This document shows positions 1 through 11,800 of a stretch of 64,000 bases of DNA, one piece after another. Source of the stretch: Amoebophrya sp. A120 (taxonomy: Eukaryota > Protista > Dinoflagellata); the NCBI GenBank assembly GCA_905178155.1, contig CAJINV010000004.1, positions 2,060,391-2,124,390 of the forward strand, written 5' to 3'. Each line of letters begins with the position of its first letter. Position 1 is the first letter of the stretch. Made by a program: the position numbers and the translations under genes. The notes below the pieces were generated by a model, which was given only the letters and a program-made list of their open reading frames with translations, was not told where the DNA came from and ran no database searches.

Positions 1-1234
1 TGAGTGCGTGCTGGCGTCCACCGGGGACGCACCACGGAGTTTTTCTGAAGCTTGACTCATTGCCAGAGCAATAAAAAATCAATATACTTTTCTGGTTCAA
101 TAATGTAGCTAAACACTCACGGAAGTTCTAAACTTCGCTGCAATTCGTCCTTCGAGCGAGGAGACCAAAAAGCGGCCGAGCGGATTCAAAAAGCAAACGA
201 AGCCGACGAATCGACGACCAAGATTTTCAAAGAGAGCAGTCACTCCTTCTGTCCCTCTCGTCTCTCGCCAAGATGTCTTCTTTCTCAGCACGATAACAAT
301 GATGAACAATCAAACCAGATCGATGTAATAATGTGTTCGCATAAAGCCGCGGTGAATCCTCAGGAAATGGGGAATACTCAGTCGATGTACCTTTTATGGT
401 CAGAATGAGGAAACAAGAATGAGCACTCCAGGAGAGTGGTGATTGAATGAGGATTTTTGAATGGAATGGTTACGGAGCATGTCGCGCAGCACGGAGAAGC
501 CCTGCAACCCGCGTCAGCGATTTCCGTTGCCCGGAATTCGCCCAGCGAGGCTCGGTTCTCGTGACACAATAAATTTGGTTTGTTGATACTCCTCTGTCAC
601 TAGCACAATCTCGCGATGAACTGGCGATTTTTCCGACGAGAAACGCTAGTCAACCGCTACTGTGAGTGGTAGAGGTATGAAATCGAAAATATCAAATCGT
701 AGCCAGTTCTATCAAAAAAATCAGGTAGAGCTTTTGCAACGAAACATCGTAGTTCCGCAATAATAGTGCGACACTAAGAGCGTCACACCTGTGAAGGAGT
801 TTGATGGTAGATAGACCTTTGTTCGGACCTCTACATGGAGGTTTAGAAGTTACGGCTTGTTGCCTTGCTCACGAGGAGCCACCTTAGGATTCGCTCTCGA
901 AAAGGGTGATACCCTGGGGTCCACTCAACAAGCTAGGAATCATACAATAATTACCAGATATAATTTCTCGCATCAGAATAGTTAACTGCTCGAAAGTGCT
1001 GGAATCACAAGGATCATACAAGTTCAAATTCGTGTCTTGGTCTCGGAAACATGCATGGACAATTGTTATTTTCTTGAAACTATGACTCTGCTTCTGTTCT
1101 CCGGTGAAAGAAGAGGATGAACAGGAACAAAAAACTTACATAGTTATATCGAGAACAGAGAACCGTAAGAATGCACAAATAGGAGCTCAAAGACTGAAAT
1201 AAATGCAGTCTTTTCATCTTGTCGTACCTCGTCC

Positions 1235-4200
1235 CTAACGCGAACGGAGCTTGCCCCTTCCCTTCCCACCCGCGCGAGCCGCGCCGGCGCCCTGCATGCG
1301 CTCCAACTCGTCGGCTACGAGTTCCTCAACGCCGGCAGCCGGCTGCAGACACACGGCCACCTTGGTGCACTTTTTCCCGACGCTGGCCCACATGGTGGAC
1401 CTGTTTGCCATGCACTTACTGTTGCCGACGATGGTGAGCGACTCTTTCGCCCGGGACAGGGCCACGTTGCAGCGGTTCGGATTGCTGCAAAACCCGATGG
1501 TTCCCTCGGCGTTGGACCGGGAAGTGAGCAGGATGATGTGGTCGGCTTCCGAACCCTGGCAGGCGTCCACCGACACGATTTGCAACCTGTTTCCTGCAAG
1601 TTCATCTAGACCCGCCTTCCGCCACACCGCTTGCGCCAACCGCACCTGCGGCTTGTACATGCAGATCACGTACACGCTGCTGTTTGCACAGGCCTTCAGC
1701 TTGCGGGCCGCCTCGCGGACGGCGACCACCGTCTGGGCCGCGTTACAGAAGGACGTGCCCACCTTCGCTTCCGCTCCAGACACCTCGACCCAGCGGAGCC
1801 GGGGGTCACCCGCCGCGTCCTTCGTACCGCGCAGCCGCTGCTTGTTCTTCCCGGTGCGGAGCTGCTTTTGGTAGAACAACTCGGACACCAAATCGCAGAT
1901 TTCCGGGGGCATCCGGTACTGCTCCTTCAAACTTTGCTGGTCCGCCCCCGCGTCGCCGCACCGCTCCATCAAACTGCGGTCGATCTGATACTCGCGGGGC
2001 GGATCGCCTTTCACGAGCGGACGCAACTGCTTCGTGTCCCCGAGCAAAAGCAAATTCTCCACGCCCGTTTCTGAGATTTATTTTTTTCCGGCGAATTATT
2101 TTTCCAGGTCTAATGGTACTGTACAACTGAACGAAGATACTGGTAACAAACTGTAAAACCACGCGCCTGACAAAGACAATGGCACGAGCTGCAAGTACAC
2201 ATCGCTACTCTGTCAGAACGAACGTGATGAGTCAGATCTTCAAATAATAGTATCTTCAAGTGTACCCAAGATGAGTGGAGTGTGGCTTTCGGCCGTGGCG
2301 CCAGCTTCGTCCAAAATTCCGAGCGTAATCTTGGGGAGGTCGTACTCGTCCTGCAGCTGCTTCATGCGGTAGCCGCTGGCGATGGTGAAGAGGAAGCAGG
2401 TCGTGCTGAGCACTATGCGTTTCGCTGCGGTCTTTTTCGCCCAATCGTATAGGCGGTCCACGCGGCGGAGGATGTGCTCCAATTCCGACGTCTCTCCCGT
2501 CAATACAACAACGCGGTCAGCCGCAAATCCGCAGTACTCTTCGGCTTCGTACTCGCGCAGATCGGTTTCGAGCTTGTCTTCCAGTTTCTTGTAGTCGGCA
2601 AGCAGCACCTTCTTTGTCTGCGTGGGAAGACTGAACGGACGCGGCCCGCGGGACACCAGGGACGCCAGCACGCCGCTCCCTGCCAGCCTCTCGCGCTCGG
2701 CAGTCTCGTGGGCCGCTTTCGCTCGGACGTACTGCTGTTCAAATTGCTCACGCACTTTTCTGCTGGCCACCACCGCGTAGTCTCGTTTCACCTTCTCTTC
2801 TAGGAGGTAGGGTTTCGCGTCCACACCCACGCGCTCCGCGTTCCCGAGAACAAGGGATCGAACGCCTTGACCTGTGAAACAAAAATGAAGAGTGTCCTCT
2901 TTAAAAAGCATGAAGATCACGCCTGCCCTCTCGGCGCGCAATTCTTGTTGGAACGAGCAGCGGAGTCAATCATTCCCCGGAGAGATGAAGGGTGCTAGGA
3001 CTATGCTTGAAGAAGGAAAAGTACGTAGATGATTAGTCATTTTTGCATGTCGCTGTGAAAAAAAGACTGTGTCATTGATGTTGAGGTTGGAAAGTAGCTA
3101 TACTGTGTAATAAGTACCTTCGCATTTGTGCAATTTCTCCATGATGGCATTAATGGCCTGGTTGGTGACGCAGGTAATCAAGGCGGCGCCGTTTTTCTCT
3201 CCCCGTCCCGCCTGTTGCATCGCGTGCACGGTGTGGTAGATGGTGGTGCTCTTGCCGGTGCCCGGAGGCCCCTGCGCACAGGTGATCCGATTTTCCCCGA
3301 TGGAGCATACCAAGCGTTCTTGCTCTGGATTGCTGGGAAACGCGCCGGGGCAGAAGCGCGGCACCTCGCAGGTTCCGCCGGCTTGCTGGCTCGGGCTCAG
3401 AATCGCCTTCAGCAGCGTTTCGTCCACGCGGGGGGATTCCCCGGTCGCGATGCGGCGGGCGGCACCGAACCGACCCAGATAGTCCTTCCCCAGAGTGAGC
3501 AGCTCAAAGCGGTAGCCAACCATGTCCCGCCGCGAATTCGCGGTCTCACGGTCCAGCGCAGACGAGCCAGACGTGTCCGGACGCCGCTTCCCCCGGACGG
3601 AGATGCGGCTGAACTTCGGTTGAATGTAGCTCAGGATCTCGTCCCTCCCACGCAGTTTCACCTCTCCCTTCCCCGTTTCCACGTACAAGGTTTTATTCCC
3701 AATCATTTCGACTACCTTGCCCTCGGTCCCGACGGGCAGCTCCTTGGATCCGGCATTGTACGCTTTCACAAAGCGCACCAGGTCGCCTTCCCGGTAGTCC
3801 GCGCTCGGCACCAGCTCCACACCGGTCACCAACCTAGAAAAATTTTCCTCGTAAATCGCGCCCCGGGCACGTGGAAGACAGCAGCCCGAATAATTCCATC
3901 AACCTTCTACGGCACTTTTTATAGCAATTCACTAGCAGCATGAGCATGCATAGTACATGATACAGAGCGTTGTTTTACGAAAAAAACATGAAAGAAATGT
4001 TTGTTCGGAGCTCTCCCTCGATGATCTTTTTTAGGATATGTACCAGATCTCCTTTGTGTTGGCGTTCCGCATGAGGAAGTCCTTGCTGCCCTGCATGATT
4101 TCGTACCAGTTTTCGAAGGAGCGTGCCGATTCGCCCACGCGCTCGGCCACGAAATACCCGCTATTTTTGTCGCACGACTCCGAGACGCGAAACTCGGCTT

Positions 4201-4498
4201 CGGGCTTAGTGTCCAGACAGTCGACCGCACACTCCGCCACCACGTTTTCCATATGCGTCGCGGCCCAGGTGGACGTGGCGTCGGGCGGGTACGATGTCTT
4301 CACCTTCTTCCATTTGACGATCTGCGAGTCCCCGCGCACCTTCTCTAAAGTGCTATTCAAGTCGTCCAGAAACGCGTCCGTGCTTGTCAGCGCCGCGCCG
4401 CCGTTGGCAGTGGGGCTGCTGCCGGTCATAGACCCAGCTTTTTTACCGCCTTCAAAAGTCTTCCGCGATCCGAAAAGACTTTCATCAAAAAATTTCAT
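1235..4498 (-). CDS. Superfamily-1 (Upf1/Nam7/senataxin-like) helicase, 4 exons (4498-4044, 3833-3118, 2871-2266, 2070-1235)
   Basis: Walker A GPPGTGKS, DEAG, GDTKQL, QYRM, VDACQGSE, NPNRCNVALSRAK; three phase-compatible GT-AG introns (3834-4043, 2872-3117, 2071-2265). Confidence 0.9.
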
Positions 4499-5229
4499 CT
4501 TGATGGTGTTTTTTCGACAAAAATGTTGTGTCCTGGTGTATCAAAGAAGCTGTGTGAGAAACTTTTTGCTCCCGTGAATGGAAAGTTAGAGGCCGTTGTC
4601 AGGCAAAGCCAAAACAAAGCCAATAAAACTGGTGAGCCTGAGGTAGCGTAGGGCAAAAAAAATACCAAGTGATTATACAGAAATATGCAGGGGAAATTAT
4701 TGCAATTTACAAGGGTGAAATTGCGAGGAGATAGAGGCAGTGAGCTCCTTCGCGAAAGATCCCTCGTGCACGCGGATCTCGTAATGAGGATCCTTGTCAC
4801 AGTTTCAAGATCGACGCCCTCGAAAGTTCCACGTCTGTTGTCGTGTGTTGAATTCCAAACACTAGTATAGAGCGAAAAAGGATCAATCTTTTTAAAGGCG
4901 AATAAAGAGCTGGGACAGTGTACTAAAAAAATTCCACGATACGTATACTTCGAACAACAGCTGATATCTACACGCACGTGCCATACATAGTGCCAGATCA
5001 TGAAGATCTTGATGTTGTGTGAAGCTCTTTCAGAGACTCAGCAGACTGATCAGGCGTTGAGCGAGGGAGCGCGACAGGCGAGTCGTCTGAAAATGTGCGG
5101 CCGTTGAATTCGCGAAGTGCGACGTCAGTGACAAACAAGATGAAACACGCCTGCACGCAGCTAGACCTGGACTCACAGGATGTTGCTTTGTTCGTGCCAC
5201 GACTTGTCAGCCGCGCTGACGCACTGACT

Positions 5230-5400
5230 CTATCGAACGTTGCGCCAAAAATCCTCGACGTCAGACCACTTTAACCAATCAATGTCGTGCCTTTCCAGTT
5301 CGTGCTCCATCGCCTCGCGAAAGAGGGCAATTACTACAGCGCGTTCTAGTTTTTCTCCGATGGTCTTGAGATCGAAGAAGTCTCGTAGCGGTTCAGCTTC
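5230..5400 (-). pseudogene. Diverged duplicate of the 3' end of the 5578-7092 gene
   Basis: Translates GEKLERAVVIALFREAMEHELERHDIDWLKWSDVEDFWRNVR* versus GEKLERAGVTACFREIMERQLKTHNIDWLKWSDVEDLWRNS*. Confidence 0.8.
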
Positions 5401-5577
5401 AGGGAAGCATCACTTGCTGTTTTTTATTCTATAAATACAAGCTCATTTTTTTTTTGGGTAACGATTGGGAAACGAAGGAAACAGTAAACAAAGTTCGAGT
5501 CATCTTTTTCAGATGTAATAGTGGAAATACCGTTGGGACAGCGCCAACAGCAGGTGAGTAACGTTTTCATTTTTGAC

Positions 5578-7092
5578 TCAAGAATTGCGCCACAAATCTT
5601 CGACATCAGACCACTTGAGCCAGTCGATGTTGTGCGTTTTCAACTGTCGCTCCATGATCTCGCGAAAGCAGGCGGTCACTCCAGCGCGTTCGAGCTTTTC
5701 GCCGTTGGTTTCGAAAAATTTGTTTTTGTACTCCTCCATAATAGGCTCCAGATCGCAGTCGATGTCGAGTTCGTCGAGCATTGCCGCGAACCGTTGGAAA
5801 ACCATCAGACCCTGATCGCAAAAATTCAAGATTCTTGGGAGGATTTCGTCGCCGAGGAGTCTGCGTGCAGATGCGACAATTTGTTCTGGAGCTTGTTGCG
5901 ACTGCACACCGGTCATCACAGTATTGACAAAGTCTCGCGCCGAAAAGAATACAATATCGCGGTGGCGGGACCCCCGTACGGAATACCTTAACTTGAAGTA
6001 GTCAAGCAGCTCCCCCATCTCGTCTGTTCTGGCAAGGCACTTGACGAGCAGTCTGATTCTGTTGTAGTCGTGGTCTTCGCGGCAGAGGTGTTCGTGGATT
6101 GCTTCCGCAAGAAGTGTGTAGTTTTCGTCGGCTGGTTGTCCCAATTCGAGCGTCTGCTCCAACAGTTCGAGATAGTCTGCAGACAGATGACCTCGATCAT
6201 TGTTGATAAAGTATTCTCCTGGACGTGTCAATTCCAACGCTACGCCCACACAGAAGTCCTGTCTAAATTCGAACGAGAAGTACAGTCCATCACTTAACTT
6301 TCCGTGCTTTCGCCACTCCTCGCTACTCAGCGCGACCGCCGCACGCACCAGATTGCAGCGGCCGAGCGTCGACATGTCGGGCTGTAATACGTCCTGTTCG
6401 TCACCAACCGGTATGCAGCCACGCAGGACTTCCTCGTACTTTTCTACGGGCACACACGCGTAGACGCGGTCGTAGATGAATGCTTGCGCGTCGTCCACAG
6501 TTTTCAAACCGTTAACCGCCCCACGCACACGAGTTTCCCACTCCTCCAGCGACTCTTCCTCTCCGCGACGCAGGTCGTGTCCGCTGTGCGCGATCACGAA
6601 TTGGTACGCAACCTCTCTGCCGAACTCTATCTCCGATCCTGCATCAAGAAAAGCACTCGGCGTCGCATCACTGTGCTTATCTCCTGCTGTTTCGCCTTGT
6701 TTTCCGCGCGCGGTGGTTTCTCGCCTAGTTGTATCGTCCCCGGCTTCGTTGCTGCAATCACCTCCAGTGTAGTCAAGATCTGCGCCGTCATCACAACAAC
6801 TGTTGGCACCGTCTGCCTTGTCCCCATCCACCTCATCACGGATTTGGATCCAGCGAACCAATGAAAAAGGTGGAACGAGCTCCGTCTCCAGATCGAGAAA
6901 CAGGGAGAGGACGTTCGTGTTGTAGAGATCGCCCACCGTCGACACTTCGCTCGGGTCTACCCTTACCGTGTGCTCCAGTCCTGCAAAATTCCGGATCCGG
7001 ATTTCCTCCGTGGATGAGCGCGCGTCGACGTCCATCGGTGGCGCACCGGAGAGCTCTGCTACAGCTCCTTGAGAGGTCATTATTGAGTTCAA
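5578..7092 (-). CDS. Uncharacterised ~500-aa protein, paralogue of 18705-20394
   Basis: Long intronless ORF; N-terminal blocks IRN...V..GDL, PP...W, acidic linker and YQFVI shared with the paralogue. Confidence 0.75.
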   Translation of the reverse strand: MNSIMTSQGAVAELSGAPPMDVDARSSTEEIRIRNFAGLEHTVRVDPSEVSTVGDLYNTNVLSLFLDLETELVPPFSLVRWIQIRDEVDGDKADGANSCCDDGADLDYTGGDCSNEAGDDTTRRETTARGKQGETAGDKHSDATPSAFLDAGSEIEFGREVAYQFVIAHSGHDLRRGEEESLEEWETRVRGAVNGLKTVDDAQAFIYDRVYACVPVEKYEEVLRGCIPVGDEQDVLQPDMSTLGRCNLVRAAVALSSEEWRKHGKLSDGLYFSFEFRQDFCVGVALELTRPGEYFINNDRGHLSADYLELLEQTLELGQPADENYTLLAEAIHEHLCREDHDYNRIRLLVKCLARTDEMGELLDYFKLRYSVRGSRHRDIVFFSARDFVNTVMTGVQSQQAPEQIVASARRLLGDEILPRILNFCDQGLMVFQRFAAMLDELDIDCDLEPIMEEYKNKFFETNGEKLERAGVTACFREIMERQLKTHNIDWLKWSDVEDLWRNS

Positions 7093-7369
7093 AATCGGTC
7101 TAAGAAAATACCTGCACTTCTAACTCCGAAACACTGGAAAATGTTGTAAAGGTTGACCTCTAGTTGAGCGAGCAACGAAACCAAGAGAATCGGCAGAGAA
7201 ATCTGCGAGTCGAAAACACAAAACTGCTCCGACTTCCAAACTCGGTTGCAGTCTCTCAAGAGATAAATTCGAAAGATGAATCAAAGGCGATCATCGACAA
7301 GCAAGCCCTCTCAAGTGCTCAGTCCTCTCAAAAGGATACTTTAATCTTATAGTGGAAATCTTTTTTCAA

Positions 7370-7910
7370 TCGGGACGAGCGGTCAGGAATGGAACAACGA
7401 GTAATCAAAGCACAATATCAACTGTAAAAATGTCTGGGTCTGGAAGAATCCAATTTGTCATGCTGGTTTTGGATTGTAAAAAAATCTGTATTGCATGAGC
7501 AGCAAGAAAGAGAGTCCAAGTTTTGCTGCGCTGAAAGAGCATTTGTCATGCGGTATAGGCATCAGGTAGCCCTCGCAAAATCTGTGATGCTAGGGCATGC
7601 ATCACAGACGTCAGGGGTCATGCAAAACATGCATGACAAACCTGGCAATCTTCCAGACCCAGACATTTTTACATTTGATACACAACATCCATTACTTATC
7701 AACAACGTACTACAACAAGACTACAGCGTTAATACTGCTTGCCTCAAAAAAGACGGGTTTTATTGATTGCCACAGGCATCCTTGAATGATCTCTTCGTCG
7801 TTTATTTCTTGATTTCCTCATTCCATTCCCCCTACTTCTACTCGCTCCACAAAGCTGGAGTTCGATGGTCCGTCGTTGCCCCTAGCGCATCCACAAAGCT
7901 GGAGTCGATC
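7370..7910 (-). pseudogene. Degenerate duplicate of the 3' end and downstream flank (8700-8910) of the large secreted-protein gene
   Basis: 7811-7883 matches 8841-8910; 7371-7693 minus the inserted element matches 8702-8754. Confidence 0.8.
7416..7680. mobile_element. Family A TIR element at a non-coding site
   Basis: TIR TATCAAMTGTAAAAATGTCTGGGTCTGGAA; TSD CACAA; empty paralogous site at ~8742. Confidence 0.93.
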
Positions 7911-8847
7911 ATGTTGCTGTCAACTTCCCAAGATCGTATCAAATCAGATTGTTCAGAAAGAACAGTACCAAAATTGTGATTTCACGAATACCTTGCATTG
8001 CGTGTGCGTTTCCTTTTCCAGCTGCTGGCGATACTTTCGGGTATGCAAGAAAAAAGAGAGGTCGTGCACTGAGAGAACTTCTTCTTCTGCCTTACAAGAG
8101 CCCTCTACTACACGGACTCTTAGCTTCTTTCGAATATCGACGAACATGATGATGGATGACGACTCAATAGCACTGCTTCAGTTGTACTGATAGATACTAC
8201 ACAGAAAAATCCAGCGTTTGGAAGTACTTCTACCAGGTACATCTTCATTTCTGGAACGAGAACTAGAACTTACATACTTACTATTCTCTACGGCAGAAGT
8301 TGTTCAACACACCTTCGCGCAGCTGGTTTCTTGCTCGGATACAGGGTGCTTCGCGAAGTTACCCAGTATCGGTTGTAGTGGGCTCGAGGTTGCGGCCTCG
8401 AAGCAGCGCGGACCCAAGAGACAATCGGCCGGTCCGAGGTTCCCGCCGGGCAAAAAAATCGCAAGGACATTATTCATACTGCGCTCTGAACACGGTGCAG
8501 GCGTCCTCTTTAGCTGTTGTAGCCATACGTCGCCTCCAACGCTTCTAAGATAGTCAAACTGTAACGTCGCCCCCTTCTCCGAGAGCCCCGTCGTCTCGTA
8601 GTCTCCACACTGCGGGGAGTACTCTTCGTGCGAGGTGAAAAGTTGTAGCGGTACAGGAGCCTGGTTCGATACTTAATCTGAAGTGGAAGTCTTGTTTCTC
8701 TCGGGACGAGCGGTCAGGAATGGCAAAACGACCAATCAAAGCGCAACATCCATTCAAGGACGTAGTACTGCTTCCCTCAAACAAGAGGGCATTTGATTCA
8801 TCACATTATTGCATTCGTTCTTTGTCGTCTATTTCTACCTGATTTCC

Positions 8848-11800
8848 TCATTGCGTTCCTTCTTCTACTCGCTCCACAAAGCTGGAGTTTGATGTTCCGT
8901 CGTTGCCCCTCTCTCCCACCTCACCTCGTCCTGTAGTACTCAACGTCCCGGTGGAAAAATCCCACCGTGCGCGACTCGTTACCTTCCCGCCACCTCCGAA
9001 CCGCTCCAACACTTCTTGCACATTTCGCACCACATTCTTCCATAAACTTTCCATGCTAGCCCGCACCATGTCCACGAAGTTTCTTCCCAGGTCGTAAAAC
9101 AGCTGCACGCTGTCGTCGAACGCGTTTTGCAGAAATGTTTCCACTTTCTCCAGCAACACCGGGTTCTGAAGCAAAATCGTCACCACGCCCGGTATCAGAA
9201 TGGAAAACGTGACGCCCAAAATCGGCCCGGACAAGCCGCTCGTAGCCACCGCGGCGGAAAGGATGAGCGCGAGGAAGTCGCACACCAGCGCGATCAGACC
9301 GGCCCGGAAGGTTTGCACAATCAGGAACCGAACGGTGCCGGTGAGGGAGTTGGGGGATAATTCTGAAATCGCGGTTTTCAGCTTGGAGTAGATGTTAAAC
9401 TGGTGGAGCGCGGCGAGGTAGTTGGAGAAGGTGGAATTATGGGACGGAATGGGAGGTGTTGTAGTATCATCGGCGGATGTCCCAGTAGTTGTCGTGTTGT
9501 TTTTCATGCTGCTCTTTATTGTTCCTGATGCACGATCTTGTGAAACTGGTAGTGCCGGTAGTTGGTTTTTCCGCAACGTCGACGTTGACTGCTCCACCTC
9601 TGGCTGCTCTTTGCTATGCTCTTTATTCTGTTTGGAGGAAGCGCTACCACTTTCCGCACCAGTTGTATCACTTCTATCGCTAATTGAAGGGCGGGTATCT
9701 CCTTTCGCCCCTTCCGACGAGTCCGCTGGAGATACGTTTCTTGCTCCTGCATCTTCATCCCGTACAACTATCGCTTTTGCCGTGGGACGAGAGGCAGATG
9801 TAGTTGAAACAGGCTTTGACGTTGTCTTAGGCGCGGTTTCATCTTCCTTGTCTCCTTTCCTACTTCTCTGGGAGCTTTTGCTACTTCCAGCACGAGTGGA
9901 AGTAGAACTGGAGCCAGCACTTCGCCGACCGGACTTGCTGCTTCTCGAGGCGGTTTTCCCCGTGTTCTTGCTACCACCTGCCGAACCAGCATCGTCTGGC
10001 TGTGCTTTCGACGAGCTGCTAGTGTTACGCCTACTAGTGGTACTTGCTTTGGAACTCCGATTTCTCGTACTGCTAGAACTCGAACCCTTGCTTGATTCTG
10101 CTGCTGAAGGTTTCTTGGATTTTTTGTTTCTCGAAGTAGTGGCCGCAGAGTTTGAAGTGTTCCCTTTTTTACCTCCAGGTGCTCGTCGCGAACGCGAAGA
10201 TTTCTTGCTCGATTCGTCCGCCTTTCGTCTAGTAGATGCGTTATTTGCTGGTGGCTTCGAGTTATCCCCCTTGCCGCCAGCACGCACAATATCCTCGGCG
10301 TCAGCTTTTGCCAGCATCACCAATCGCAAGTAGGAGGACGGAGAAGTCGTCCACCTCTCGAAAAAATCTTGGGGATAAACAATACTTTCGCTCTTGCGGT
10401 CCTTCCGTTCCAGGAAAGCAGAGCTAGTTGAAACTGCTGCACGATCGCCAGCACGACCAGGAGTAAAGCCATCCTCCCCCGAAGAAGTAGTAGACCGTGC
10501 GTCCAGAAAGTCATCTAGCTCTTCCAGCTCCTTCGTATCCTTCAAATGTTCCAGATTCGCAGCGAGCTTAGCTGAGTCAGAATTTCTTGCAACCTGTTGC
10601 TCTTGTCCCCCTTCCGATTCTTGTCCCGTCCCCTTCGCGGTCGCAGCGGTAGAAGGTGTTCTTGAATCCAGTTGTCGGCTGCTTGTCGATGTAGCAGCAT
10701 GAGGCGAATCTTCTTCTTCCCCCCTTCGCAGCTCCGCGACAATCTTTTCCGCGACGAAATCTTGCTTTTTGAAGAACAGATTCCAGACCAAGTTCACCAT
10801 GGACTGCAGCGCTTTCGCAACAATGCTCTTCGCGAACCGGAAGGTCTCCTCGAAGAACGATTTCATACGCACCAGCTGCTGCAGCGCCGCATCCAGCGCG
10901 GCCCGCAGCACCGGCCCCAGGGCCGCAAAGGACGCGGTGGCCACCGTACCGTGCACAAACCCGGTGGCGCCGGTAATCACCTGCACGCTGTTCACCATCA
11001 GGTTGGCACTGCGCCGCGCGAGGTTGTTTGCCACCTCCGCGCCCATGCCCTGGATCAGGATTCCGCCCGTTTTGTCGACGAAGGACTGCAGTTTGTCGAA
11101 AACAAACTGGCTCGCGTGTTTTAGTGTGGAGACGATCGAAGTTTTGAGCTGCGCCAGGCCATCGGAGGTCGTCAACATTTGCGAGATTTCCTTCGCTTTA
11201 GCGATGCCAGCAGAAAACAGCTGCCTCGCGTTGTCCTGCAGCATTGTCACCGTGGTGAGAAAATTCTGGAAAAACGACTGCTTAGCCGGCGCGTCCGCGT
11301 CCGGTGCGCATTGGTTCGACAGCTTTGGCACCGGTCCATCCGTAATCACGGCGCTCCCCGTCGGCGTCAGTTCAAACTGCGTAGTTATCTCCCCGCTTTG
11401 GAGAAAGGTGGAGTCAATTTTCATCTCAGAAAACGAACTAGAAGTAACTGGCCCCCCCCTCGCAGAATTGGATGTATTTGCATTAGTGGAAGAAGTAGTA
11501 CTAGTGCCAGAACGACCGCCAGCTTCCTCATAGTCACCCACTGCTGGACACTGTTTCTGCCACGTTGGGATGATTCTCCAAACGGCATTGACCGTCAGTT
11601 CCATCCCGCTTTTCGCCACCGTCTGCACTTTTTCCGCGAAATCGTACGCCCTTTCCTTTACAGCGTCTTTCACCAAATTGAAGACCCAGTCGAATGTTTC
11701 CTTCGACTGGGAGATTTTGTTGCCGAGTTTCACGAAAAAGTTCCCAATGTTTTCGTTCGTCAGACACTATGAACTGCAAAAGTATCGTACTCGTGTAACT

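Noticed and set aside
7416-7680. TA ends as a Tc1/mariner TA target duplication
   Set aside because: The empty paralogous site has no TA, and a separate 5-bp duplication lies outside the TA.
9422-11533. Long plus-strand ORFs (303 aa, 254 aa, and similar at 1251, 3128, 44488, 60024)
   Set aside because: Antisense shadows of GC-rich or low-complexity minus-strand exons; no recognisable motifs.
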